A stretch of 64,000 nt of DNA from Promethearchaeota archaeon (GCA_016839555.1 JAEOUA010000010.1:440142-504141), one strand, 5' to 3'. Shown: positions 9,917 through 19,948, counted from the first letter of the stretch. Program-made: numbers and translations. Notes: a model not told the origin generated them from the letters alone.

Positions 9917-10582
9917 ATGAAATATAGGAACAGAAAAGAAGCAGGAGAAAAATTAGCAGATGATTTAAAAAAGCATCCAAAATTAATGACCAACTCTGTT
10001 ATTATGGCAATACCTCGTGGAGGAGTTCCAGTGGCATACGCAATTTCAGAAATAACAAAAATACCCTTTTATTTAGCTATTACAAAAAAATTATCACATC
10101 CTAGTAATCCTGAAGTTGCGATCGGCGCTATAGCGGCTGATGGCTCTTATGAAATTAATCAAGGGATGCAATTTTATGGAATAAATAGTAATTTAATTGA
10201 AGATATTAAACAAAAAGCAATGGAAAAAGTTAAGAGTAGACTAGATAAATATACCAACGGACATGAACCTATTGTTTTAGGAAAAAAGGTGATAGTTGTC
10301 GATGACGGTATAGCAACTGGATATACAGCATTAGTTACTGGAAAATACGTGAAAAATAAGGGCGCAAAACACACAGTTCTTGCAATTCCCGTTTGTCCAC
10401 AAAATAGTATAAACCGAGTCAAAAAAGTTTATGATGAATTAATTTGTCCATTAAAGATAGATTCTTATGCGTTTGCTGTCAGCGCATATTATGAAGATTT
10501 TCATCAAAATACAGATAAAGAATTATACGATTATCTTGAAAAAGCAAAGCGTGAAAAATTATTATATAAAGACCTTGATTAG
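9917..10582 (+). CDS. Type I phosphoribosyltransferase
   Basis: NR.EAG..LA, IPRGGVPVA, VIVVDDGIATG PRPP motif, AV..YYEDF.Q. Confidence 0.9.
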   Translation: MKYRNRKEAGEKLADDLKKHPKLMTNSVIMAIPRGGVPVAYAISEITKIPFYLAITKKLSHPSNPEVAIGAIAADGSYEINQGMQFYGINSNLIEDIKQKAMEKVKSRLDKYTNGHEPIVLGKKVIVVDDGIATGYTALVTGKYVKNKGAKHTVLAIPVCPQNSINRVKKVYDELICPLKIDSYAFAVSAYYEDFHQNTDKELYDYLEKAKREKLLYKDLD

Positions 10583-10600
10583 CTAAAGTTCATAAGTTTC

Positions 10601-10885
10601 TTATATTATCTTAAAATTAATACTCTCTTCTGATAATTGTTTTTTCTTACGAATATCATATTGTATCATCTTTTTTGCAGCTTCAGGGTCCTTCTTTTCT
10701 AAATATTTGAGCTGTAATTCTCTAATTGTGGAACTGGAAACTTTATACAGTTCTTCAGCAACTTTATCAGCAACTTGTTTAGCAACCTCTTCAGACGCCC
10801 CGGCAGCCTTACATGCTTCAAAGATTCGTTCCTTTTTGAATTTCTCAATTTTTCCATCTTTCTTTACAACTTGTAAATCAACCAT
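10601..10885 (-). CDS. Stand-alone ATP-cone domain protein
   Basis: VVKKDGKIEKFKKERI..AC...SSSTIRE; ATG at 10885 with GTGAGG upstream. Confidence 0.8.
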   Translation of the reverse strand: MVDLQVVKKDGKIEKFKKERIFEACKAAGASEEVAKQVADKVAEELYKVSSSTIRELQLKYLEKKDPEAAKKMIQYDIRKKKQLSEESINFKII

Positions 10886-11153
10886 TTTCTTTTTATTTCC
10901 CCTCACAACCAAAATATAAGAGATTTCAATAAAATTGAAATTTAGTGATAAAAATTTTATACTAAATTAATAACCTTTTTGTAATATTTAAATATAATTT
11001 TTAAAAATTATATTCTTTAATTTATTAATTCTTCTTGTTCCTTTGAAGGGAATTAATAGAAAAAAAGAAAATTAAGAAGAGTTAATTTAAACCGATAAGA
11101 TCCTCTATAAAGAGAGTAAATCCAATTAAGGAGATTATATATCAGTAATAATT

Positions 11154-11441
11154 TTACTCTTCTGGTGGAGCTAAGACGATTTCTATAGAAGAAACATTGT
11201 TAGTTGTACCATCATCACCCTCTAATTTCTCAGTATCTATTCGAATATCTTGATATGTGGTTCCCTTCAAGAAGCGATTTTTCAAAATTTCACAAACATC
11301 GACCGCATGAGAAATTGCTCTACCACGGGCTTTGACCACAACATCTTCACCTTTATTAAGTATCATCATAGCTGCCATTACGTAATTCATAGTAGGGCGG
11401 CGTCCGATATAAACCGCGTTTTCATCCTTATTTTTCGACAT
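11154..11441 (-). CDS. albA: DNA/RNA-binding chromatin protein Alba
   Basis: VYIG.RP.MNYV.A, KARGRAIS.AVDV, VSSIEIVL. Confidence 0.95.
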   Translation of the reverse strand: MSKNKDENAVYIGRRPTMNYVMAAMMILNKGEDVVVKARGRAISHAVDVCEILKNRFLKGTTYQDIRIDTEKLEGDDGTTNNVSSIEIVLAPPEE

Positions 11442-11699
11442 TTTATTTTTCTCTGTGTTTTATTTTCTATTCATTTAAAGTTCGGGTATTATATATATAA
11501 ATAATTCAAATTTTTTTTTATTTTTAATTGATTTTCCAAAAATAAAGTTAAAGTTAAAAATTTAATAAAGAGTTCTTTTAAAGAATATGATAAGTCTTTT
11601 TATAATAATATTTCTTGAGAAAAACGAGAATAATTCTTTATTTGGAGGTTTTTGAAAGATCTTTCCCTTTTTACCTTTGAAGATTTGAAAATACAATAT

Positions 11700-12218
11700 T
11701 CAATTAGATTTGTTTTTAGCCTTTTTAGCTAATTCTAAAACTTTTTTAGGAAAAGTTAAAGTAGGATCTATTTCTAATGCTTTATTACAAGCTTTAATCG
11801 CCTTATTGTAATGTTTTTGATTATAATAAGCAGAACCTAAATTTGTTAAAGCATCCGTATCTTTTGGATTTAATTCAAGTGCTTTTTGAGCCGCGCTAAT
11901 TGATTTATCAAATTCATTCATATCAATATAGACAGTGCTTAATTCACTATAAGAGACTGCTAATTTTGGATTTATTTCTATCGCTCTTGTTAAAGCTTTA
12001 ATTGCATTAGGGTAATCTTCTAATTCATAGTATATATACCCTAAATTATGCCAAGTAATCGCATCTTGGGAGAAAATGTCAAGAACTTTTTTATAGGTTT
12101 CTATAGCTTTCGAAAATTGTTTATTCTTATAATATGCATATCCTAAATTAATCCATGCATTAATATCTTTAGGATTATTATTTAGGATTTGTTTATAAGC
12201 TTTAATTTCATCATTCAT
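11700..12218 (-). CDS. Tetratricopeptide-repeat protein
   Basis: About 4 repeats of 34 aa with AW.NLG..Y...A...Y.KAL..NP consensus. Confidence 0.9.
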   Translation of the reverse strand: MNDEIKAYKQILNNNPKDINAWINLGYAYYKNKQFSKAIETYKKVLDIFSQDAITWHNLGYIYYELEDYPNAIKALTRAIEINPKLAVSYSELSTVYIDMNEFDKSISAAQKALELNPKDTDALTNLGSAYYNQKHYNKAIKACNKALEIDPTLTFPKKVLELAKKAKNKSN

Positions 12219-12614
12219 TAGTCATTAAATCAAATTTAAGGGGTTATAAATATATTATTTATACTATTTTTTGATAAAAAATATTAAATAGAAAGATTAT
12301 TATACCAAATTCTTCGATTTAATCTGTTTTAATTTTTAATAATGAAAGTTTTAAATAGGTATCCATCGAATTAAAAAATAAGAAGAATTAAATAAAACTT
12401 TAGAACCAAGATCTGATTCTATATTTTATTTAATACTTCTTAAATTCTTTCCAACTTGAATTCATTAGGAAGTATAGGATACATTCAAAATTTAGACCGA
12501 TCTTCCTATGCTTCCTTTCTAACTTTTTATGAAACATTTATTATAAATTTATTGTATAACAGAGCATATTATGAGGATTTTATTTTCTTATATGAGTTTG
12601 TTTTATTGATCTCT

Positions 12615-13397
12615 TTAAAATAATTTCATAAAAGAGAGAAATCGTGTTAAATCATCAATATTTATAGCTTTTTGGCCATTTTCTGATAATTTTTGCCATA
12701 TATAAAACATAGTTTCTAAATATTGTCGATATTTTTTTGTTAAATTCTCTCCATAATAAGAATATTTACCCGTATGAGAGCGAAATAAATCGGCAATATT
12801 ATTCTTCCAACTTTTGTACGCTTTGGTCTCTGAATCTCCCCAAACCGCTTTTTTTCCAGAAATTTGTTCAAAAATAAATGATTCTAAATTCATGTCTTGT
12901 ACGTCTTTTGGATTTATTAGAGCTGCTTTTGAGTCAAATTGTTCAAAAATCTCTATAATACTCGTATAATCTAACTCATCTCCAGTATTACTTAAAAATA
13001 CCGGATTGCTCGTAGAATCAAGCATAATAATAAAATCAAAACAATCTAAATCCATTTCATTTGTGATATCACTCATATATTTCGCGAAAAAAATAATCGC
13101 ACTTTCATTTTTAGTGAGATATAAATTGTTTTCATAATACTTGTTGAATTGATAAATAGAAATCGAATTAAATTCTTTAATCTTATCGATATAGCTTATA
13201 TCCTTTTGATTTTTGATTTCATAGGTTATTACAGATTCTTCTTCATTTTCTTTTTTCTCATCGTCTAAAATTATCAAATTATATGGCAAATCTTTTTTTA
13301 GCGTTAATTTTATGAAATTCTTAAGAAACACCTTAACATCTTTCCAATTTGATTTCCTTGTTAGAGCTATAATTTCTTTCGGTAACGATGTGCTCAT
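12615..13397 (-). CDS. Hypothetical protein with two short C-terminal F...GK...G..TK.Y repeats
   Basis: 260-aa ORF; FEQISGKKAVWGDSETKAY / FRSHTGKYSYYGENLTKKY. Confidence 0.7.
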   Translation of the reverse strand: MSTSLPKEIIALTRKSNWKDVKVFLKNFIKLTLKKDLPYNLIILDDEKKENEEESVITYEIKNQKDISYIDKIKEFNSISIYQFNKYYENNLYLTKNESAIIFFAKYMSDITNEMDLDCFDFIIMLDSTSNPVFLSNTGDELDYTSIIEIFEQFDSKAALINPKDVQDMNLESFIFEQISGKKAVWGDSETKAYKSWKNNIADLFRSHTGKYSYYGENLTKKYRQYLETMFYIWQKLSENGQKAINIDDLTRFLSFMKLF

Positions 13398-13649
13398 ATA
13401 AAAAATTAATAGTTTAATACAATTAAAAATCTAAGCATTACTCATTAATGATTTTAATTCCATATGAATATCATCAAAAAGTAGTATATAATAAAAAAAA
13501 GATTTGATGTGAAATTTAAGTCTTAAAGTCTTCTAACTTTAATGATAATTCCACTTCTTGAGTTAAAATTCCTAGTTCATAAAAAAAGAGGTTAAATTAT
13601 CTACTAAGGTAAAATTCTTTCTTTACAAACGTATATTTTTGGTTCTTAC

Positions 13650-13916
13650 TTAGTAAAAGTATCCACCAGATTGAGAACTTCTTCCGGCTTTTTCGATAAC
13701 TTCTACATTTGCGGCTTGAGGCCCTTTTTCGCCATCAACGACTTCAAATTTTACTTTGTCGCCTTCATAGAGGGTTTTAAACTCATCATCTTTACCTTCT
13801 ATGGCACTATAATGAACAAAGATATCATTTTCTTTGGATTCTTTGTCCTCAGTACCCTCAGGCATGATAAAGCCATAGCCTTTACGATTGTTAAACCACT
13901 TTATAGTTCCTTCCAT
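13650..13916 (-). CDS. csp: Cold-shock domain protein (CspA family)
   Basis: GTIKWFN..KGYGFI (RNP1), DIFVHYSAI (RNP2), FKTL.EG..V.F, GPQAANV. Confidence 0.95.
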   Translation of the reverse strand: MEGTIKWFNNRKGYGFIMPEGTEDKESKENDIFVHYSAIEGKDDEFKTLYEGDKVKFEVVDGEKGPQAANVEVIEKAGRSSQSGGYFY

Positions 13917-14213
13917 CTTACTAAAACCTAACTTACTTCTGACTTTTTATTTCTTATTTTGTATGTAATTCATATAATTTTTTGCCATATCCAAAATTAA
14001 CAACACATTTCTTCAACGGCATTTAATATAGTCAATAAGAATTATTAAACTTTATTCATTTAATTATGAAAAATCAAATCTACTCGACACAAATCGAGTA
14101 AAGACCAACTCTCATTAGAAAAAAATTGGAAATATTCAATTTTGAGTTTGATATGATATTATAAGAAGTAAAAAAGAAATTTTATGTAAAAATAAAGCAT
14201 AACAATATCTTTA

Positions 14214-14948
14214 TTATTTTAATAGTTTCTGTTTAATTTTTGGAGGCATAATAAACCCAAGATAATATAAAAAAGCACTAATAATCAATAATATTCTGGT
14301 AATTGGCAAAGTTATAAGGTTTAAGGGGATGGAGGTATCTAACATAGCTCCTATAACCCATGAGATCACGGCGATCATTAAAAATTTACCTTTTAATTTA
14401 ACTATTCTATCGTCTGTCATTATAGAAATTCGTGCAAAAACCATTCCTGTTATCAACACAGTTAAAATAATAAGAAGGAGATATCCCAAAATAAATGTTT
14501 TATACTCTATATCAATATGGACCATCACATTCTCAGCACTAAACACACCGATTAATGAGGGATTTACGAATAGAAGAATAAAAAATATAATCTCAAATAA
14601 GATTCCAATAATAATATAGATTAAAAGAATTTGCTTTTGGTTTTTAGGACTTATCAAATCAGTAAACCCAACTAGCCAACATAAGATACTTATAGGGACA
14701 AAAATATTTCCAATTATAACATAAATTTCAAGAGATAATCCTTCTCCAAGGATGATATTCCATAAAAAACTAAGCCCACTAGGGATCCATGGTTCACTTA
14801 TTCCAATCAAAGCCAATCCGATAAAAAGGAAAGTCCGCTCTTTTAATTTAATATAATTTAAAATAATGATTAATCCAATTACTATTGTTATACTAACATA
14901 TATTAAACTGGATATTCCATTAACATAATCAATTGGTTTTAGTGTCAT
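14214..14948 (-). CDS. Seven-TM membrane protein, paralog A
   Basis: 244 aa, about 7 hydrophobic segments, no soluble domain. Confidence 0.8.
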   Translation of the reverse strand: MTLKPIDYVNGISSLIYVSITIVIGLIIILNYIKLKERTFLFIGLALIGISEPWIPSGLSFLWNIILGEGLSLEIYVIIGNIFVPISILCWLVGFTDLISPKNQKQILLIYIIIGILFEIIFFILLFVNPSLIGVFSAENVMVHIDIEYKTFILGYLLLIILTVLITGMVFARISIMTDDRIVKLKGKFLMIAVISWVIGAMLDTSIPLNLITLPITRILLIISAFLYYLGFIMPPKIKQKLLK

Positions 14949-15068
14949 ATTTACTTTATATATTAATAATAAAATTATAATTTTTATTATTATCTCATAA
15001 TTTTAAATTTCTTAATATTAAATAAACTATTCTGATTTTGGAAAAAAAAAGAGATTAAAAAGATTTTA

Positions 15069-15803
15069 TTATTTTAACAGCATCTTTTTAATTCTTGGAG
15101 GCATAATAAAAGCCAAATAATATAAAAACGCACTCAAAGCTAATAATATTCTTGTTAATGGTAGTGTTATGATATTTAGGGGAATAGCAGTATCTAATAG
15201 AGCCCCTACACTCCATATTATAGGCGCCCCCAATAAAAATATTCCTTTTAATTTAATTTCTGGATCTGAGGTCTTTAAAGATTTTCGACCAAATATGATT
15301 CCTGTTATCAAAATGGTCAAAACCACAAATAAAAGATAGCCAAGAAGAAATGTTTTATATTCAATATCTATATGGACCATCACACTTTCAGCACTAAACA
15401 CACCGATTAATGAGGGATTTACGATAAGGAGACTCAAAAATACTACTTCGAATGCTAATCCAACAATGATATATATTGTTCTAATTACATTAGTTTTTTC
15501 TGGATAAACCAAATTGGTAAAACCAATTAACCAGAATAAAAGAGTAAGAGGAATAAAAACATTTCCAATTATAACATAGCTCTCAAAAGATATTCCTGCC
15601 CCTGTTATTAAATTCCATATGAAACTTAGGCTACTAGGGATCCATGGTTCACTTAATCCCATAATACCAATTCCGATAAATAGAAAATTCTTATCTTTTA
15701 ACTTAAAATACTTTAAAAGAATTACTAATCCAACTATGATGGTGATAAAACCGTATATTAAACTGGAAATTCCATTTACAAAATCAATTGGTTTTAAAGT
15801 TAT
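15069..15803 (-). CDS. Seven-TM membrane protein, paralog B (probable AUA start)
   Basis: Frame open upstream of the track ATG to ATA ACT TTA AAA CCA ATT GAT, aligned with ATG ACA CTA AAA CCA ATT GAT of paralog A; identical 735-nt length; GAGGTG 8 nt upstream. Confidence 0.8.
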   Translation of the reverse strand: MTLKPIDFVNGISSLIYGFITIIVGLVILLKYFKLKDKNFLFIGIGIMGLSEPWIPSSLSFIWNLITGAGISFESYVIIGNVFIPLTLLFWLIGFTNLVYPEKTNVIRTIYIIVGLAFEVVFLSLLIVNPSLIGVFSAESVMVHIDIEYKTFLLGYLLFVVLTILITGIIFGRKSLKTSDPEIKLKGIFLLGAPIIWSVGALLDTAIPLNIITLPLTRILLALSAFLYYLAFIMPPRIKKMLLK

Positions 15804-15922
15804 TTAAAATACACCTCGTCATTAGATACTATTAAATCTATAGTCTATTTAATATATTTAAATCTTAACTTATCTAAGTCAAGAAAAAATTACCAATCTT
15901 TTAAGAAATAGAAAAAGAAAAA

Positions 15923-18319
15923 TTAGTATTCCGTGCGTGCGATAATCTCATCTTGGGCAGCTTTACTCAACTCAGTAAAATAAACTGTGTATCCGGCTAT
16001 TCTCACGACTAATCCCTGATAATTATCGGGATTTTCTTGGGCATCACAGAGAATTTTTTTTCCAACCACATTAAATTGAACTTGATATCCTCCTTTTGGT
16101 TCAAAGAAGGTCCTAATAAGGGGTAAGAATATATCCTTCGTCATAGATTTTGGATGGAAGGCAAGTATTAAGGAATTCCCATTAGTCATCAATTCATTGT
16201 CTAGCTTTTTCACCGAATTACATATTGCGGTTGGTCCATTCTTATCTCTTTCATGAGTGGGGCCCACTCCATTTGATAAGGGATCTCGTGCTTTCCTGCC
16301 GTCTGCTGAGGCACCTGTTAATGTTCCAAAAGCTAGATGCAGGGAAGTAGAATAGATGCCTGGGTTGAATTTACCTCCTCTGAAATTATTATATTTAGCA
16401 ATTTCTTCACAAAATAATTTGTTGATATCCACAGCAATCTCATCTACATAGTCGTTGTCGTTTCCGTATTTAGGCACTTTATTAATAAAAATTTCTCTCC
16501 AGACGGATCCCTCTTTGCCATTATAACTCCGTCGATAATTTTTCTTAAGCATCTCAACTAAATCATCAAGCGATAATTGTTGCTCTTCAAATACCATTTT
16601 TTTAATAACAGCGAGACTGTCGGCACACGTAGCTAAGCCAATTAATTGAGGTCCTGTAAAATTATAAATTGCACCTCCACGAGTTACATCAAGGCCTTTC
16701 TTTAGACAATCATTTGTGGTAGCCGATAAAAATGGTTGAGGATTCAATTCTGCGATTGCTTTATCCATAGCATTCATATTAGAAACCATATATTTGATGA
16801 AGTGTTTCACTTGATCGGAAAATGTTTCCCAGAGTTGTTGATATGACGTGATGGGCTCTTTATATTCAAGTCCGTATTTTTTCCTGGTTGCCATATCCAC
16901 TCCATTGGTTAAAGTCAACTCTAAGCACTTCACTATGTTTAATTGATTAGAATTGGTAGACCCAAATGATTTATATGGATGTTGTGGTTCCACACATCCT
17001 ACAGGAGCGTACTCCCTGGCGTCTTCTAAGGTAAATCCTCGATTCATCAATCCTGATATCATAACTTGATCATTAAACAATGCGATGCTTGTTCCCACTT
17101 TTAAAGATTCCACTATTTTAATGAGAAATCTTTCGGGAGTTTTATCGGAAATCCGGATTGAAAAAGATGGTTGGACTGTTTGCACATCTGTATAGGCATC
17201 TAATATGAGATAAGATAATTCATTTGTGGCGTCTTTTCCTTCCTTTGTAAGACCACCAATTGTTAGGTTTTCTGCAAGTGGAGGTCCTTCTCCGGCATTT
17301 ACCGCTAATGAAAAAACATAATTATAGATACTTGTTAATTTTATAAAAAAGCATTTTAGTAGAAAATCTACTTCTTTTTCGTTTAATTTTTCCTCTGCTA
17401 TATCATTTAAATAATATGCATAAAGATCTTGATCTAACCGCCCGACACTTATCGCAAATCCACCATCTTCTAATCCACAAATCAATTGATTGAAATATAT
17501 GAGTTGGAGGGCTTGTCTGAACGATTCTGGGGGTTTCTCTGAAATATATTGGCAAATATCGGCAATCTCTAATAATTCATTTTTTCTCAGATAATTCGTT
17601 TCTTTTGATGCCATTTGGGATGCCAATGAAGAAAATCTTTTAATAAAATCTCTAGCAGCATTTAAAAGGATAAGCACTGATTCATAAAAGAGAGCTTTGT
17701 CAGCATCACCTTTATTATCACTTTCAGTCAATTTTTCTTGAGCTTTTTTTAATAAACCTTTTATTCCATATTTTAAAAGATTATGATGCCCTGGAAAAAA
17801 ATGACCTATTCCATTAGTTAATTGAACGTCTACTGTAAATACAATCCTTTCCATAAGATCGCGCTCCGTTTCATTCAGATATTTCAAATATCTGCTACGA
17901 ACCGTATCTTCTTCATTCATCCAATAGGGAATCACCTCATCTTTTAAATATTGTATTTCTTCTTCTGTAATAAGAATTTTTTGAACGGGGCGATTATTAT
18001 AAGTGTCAATATCTTGATTTATAGCATCGGTTCGAACTTCGGGGTATAAAGGTGTGCCCACTAATTTAGTTGTACGATTTCCTACGATATATTCATCTGG
18101 CCATATTTTAATTGTCATATTAGACAAATAATACTCCATCGCTTTTGCAAAACGTATTATTGGAGATTCTCCCTTTGTCGTTTTATAAGATTCTGTAAAT
18201 AATTGTGCCCTTTCGATACAAATTTCGTGTGATGCATTTAAAACTTGATTCTTCATCCTATTTATACGATCATCGTAATATGAATCATCAATCTCTTCAA
18301 TTTGCATTTTTTCTACCAA
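15923..18319 (-). CDS. Glycyl radical enzyme, PFL2/eliminase-like
   Basis: Single-Cys loop GCVEP, glycyl motif LVVRIAGY.VYF, EIIARTE C-terminus. Confidence 0.92.
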   Translation of the reverse strand: MVEKMQIEEIDDSYYDDRINRMKNQVLNASHEICIERAQLFTESYKTTKGESPIIRFAKAMEYYLSNMTIKIWPDEYIVGNRTTKLVGTPLYPEVRTDAINQDIDTYNNRPVQKILITEEEIQYLKDEVIPYWMNEEDTVRSRYLKYLNETERDLMERIVFTVDVQLTNGIGHFFPGHHNLLKYGIKGLLKKAQEKLTESDNKGDADKALFYESVLILLNAARDFIKRFSSLASQMASKETNYLRKNELLEIADICQYISEKPPESFRQALQLIYFNQLICGLEDGGFAISVGRLDQDLYAYYLNDIAEEKLNEKEVDFLLKCFFIKLTSIYNYVFSLAVNAGEGPPLAENLTIGGLTKEGKDATNELSYLILDAYTDVQTVQPSFSIRISDKTPERFLIKIVESLKVGTSIALFNDQVMISGLMNRGFTLEDAREYAPVGCVEPQHPYKSFGSTNSNQLNIVKCLELTLTNGVDMATRKKYGLEYKEPITSYQQLWETFSDQVKHFIKYMVSNMNAMDKAIAELNPQPFLSATTNDCLKKGLDVTRGGAIYNFTGPQLIGLATCADSLAVIKKMVFEEQQLSLDDLVEMLKKNYRRSYNGKEGSVWREIFINKVPKYGNDNDYVDEIAVDINKLFCEEIAKYNNFRGGKFNPGIYSTSLHLAFGTLTGASADGRKARDPLSNGVGPTHERDKNGPTAICNSVKKLDNELMTNGNSLILAFHPKSMTKDIFLPLIRTFFEPKGGYQVQFNVVGKKILCDAQENPDNYQGLVVRIAGYTVYFTELSKAAQDEIIARTEY

Positions 18320-18515
18320 GAGTTAGTTAATTTTTAATAAAAATAGAAAAGAATTCTAATTTATATTATATACATTTTATTATTTCAATATATCTATAAA
18401 TCTTTAGAAATTTAAGAATAGTTAAAAAAGTATATATATTATAAAAAAATTAAAAAAAATGTTAAAAATAGATTATAAAATTATATTAGCTATAAATAAA
18501 TAAAAAATATTTTTC

Positions 18516-19673
18516 TCACATTCGTGTAATTGGAAAGCCCCGTCTTGCTTGTTGATTGTGCAAAGTTTTTTTCCTAATTTCTTTATTAATTAACCCTTCA
18601 ATTTTACAAAGATACTCATATTCATCTTTTAAACATAACGTAATAGCCACACCGTGTTTATTCATCCTTGATGTACGTCCAATTCGATGGACATACACTT
18701 CTGGGTATTTCGGCAAATCATAATTGAAAATATGAGATATCCCTTCAATATCAAAACCTCTTGCAGCTACATCAGTTGCTATTAATAAATCAATTTTATT
18801 ATCCCTGAAATTCTGTAGAATTCTTTCTCTTTGGTGTTGAGATAAATCTCCTGAAAGATACCCTATTCGATATGGCAATTTATCAGATTTAAGCCTATTA
18901 AATAACCAATTTCCTGTTTTTTTCGTGTTTATAAAAATTAAAGCACTCTCTGGCCTTTCTTTTTGAAGGATTTTCCGAAAATAATTATATTTCTGTTTAT
19001 AGTGATCGATTAGATAATAAAATTGAAGAGTATTCTCAACCGATAAATCATCTTTACTTAAATTTAGATATTCAAATTTATCATTAGTATATTTTTTAAT
19101 GATATCTTTGAGTTCATATTCTAATGTTGCGGAAAAAAGTAGAAATTGATAATTACTGTGAATTTGGTTTAGGATGTACGTAATATCTGGTAAAAAGCCC
19201 ATATCTAAAAGTCGATCAGCCTCATCTAAAACAAGAAACTTTAATTGATCTAATTTTAAATGCCCTCTTTTATAAATATCTATTAATCTTCCTGGAGTGC
19301 CGATAATTATATCTAATCCTTTACTTAATTTGCTGACTTGTTTATTAATAGAGACTCCTCCGTAAATTGGATATGAGCGCACTTTATAATGTCCCAAATC
19401 CTTTATAAATCTATGGACTTGTTTGGCTAATTCCCTCACGGGAACAATAATTAGGCATTCATTTTTAGTATGCTTTAATTTTTCAATAATAGGTATTAAA
19501 TAAGCATAAGTTTTACCAGTACCAGTTTTTGCTTGAGCCATAATATTCTTCCCTTGTAAAATTAAAGGAATAGCCTTTATTTGAACTGGTGTGGGTTTTA
19601 TAATTTCTAAATTTTCTAAAGCTTCAACATTTTTATCGCTAATATTAAAATTGTCAAAAGTAAATTTTGTCAT
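18516..19673 (-). CDS. DEAD-box RNA helicase
   Basis: Q motif PTPVQ, AKTGTGKT, TPGRL, DEAD, SAT, ARGFD, HRIGRT. Confidence 0.95.
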   Translation of the reverse strand: MTKFTFDNFNISDKNVEALENLEIIKPTPVQIKAIPLILQGKNIMAQAKTGTGKTYAYLIPIIEKLKHTKNECLIIVPVRELAKQVHRFIKDLGHYKVRSYPIYGGVSINKQVSKLSKGLDIIIGTPGRLIDIYKRGHLKLDQLKFLVLDEADRLLDMGFLPDITYILNQIHSNYQFLLFSATLEYELKDIIKKYTNDKFEYLNLSKDDLSVENTLQFYYLIDHYKQKYNYFRKILQKERPESALIFINTKKTGNWLFNRLKSDKLPYRIGYLSGDLSQHQRERILQNFRDNKIDLLIATDVAARGFDIEGISHIFNYDLPKYPEVYVHRIGRTSRMNKHGVAITLCLKDEYEYLCKIEGLINKEIRKKTLHNQQARRGFPITRM

Positions 19674-19948
19674 GTTATTTTCATTTAAAAGTTCTTTTTC
19701 TGTTAATTTGGTTAAAATAAGCAACTTATAAGAAAAAGTAATTTTTTCCTTTTGATTAAATTTCTCTCGTCTTTTAATTCTCTTATTTTAACTTTTTATT
19801 TTCATATATTTTGTTCTTATTATATAAAAAACTTTAAAACTATTAAATTTTGACAAATTTTTATTTCATTTGAAATACATCCATATGATGAGAATAAATT
19901 AAATTTCTTATATAGTATAATACTTTAAGAGTTGTTAAAGAACCAATT

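Noticed and set aside
11024-11076. Hairpin plus U-tract downstream of alba
   Set aside because: Plausibly an ordinary terminator region in AT-rich sequence; not distinctive.
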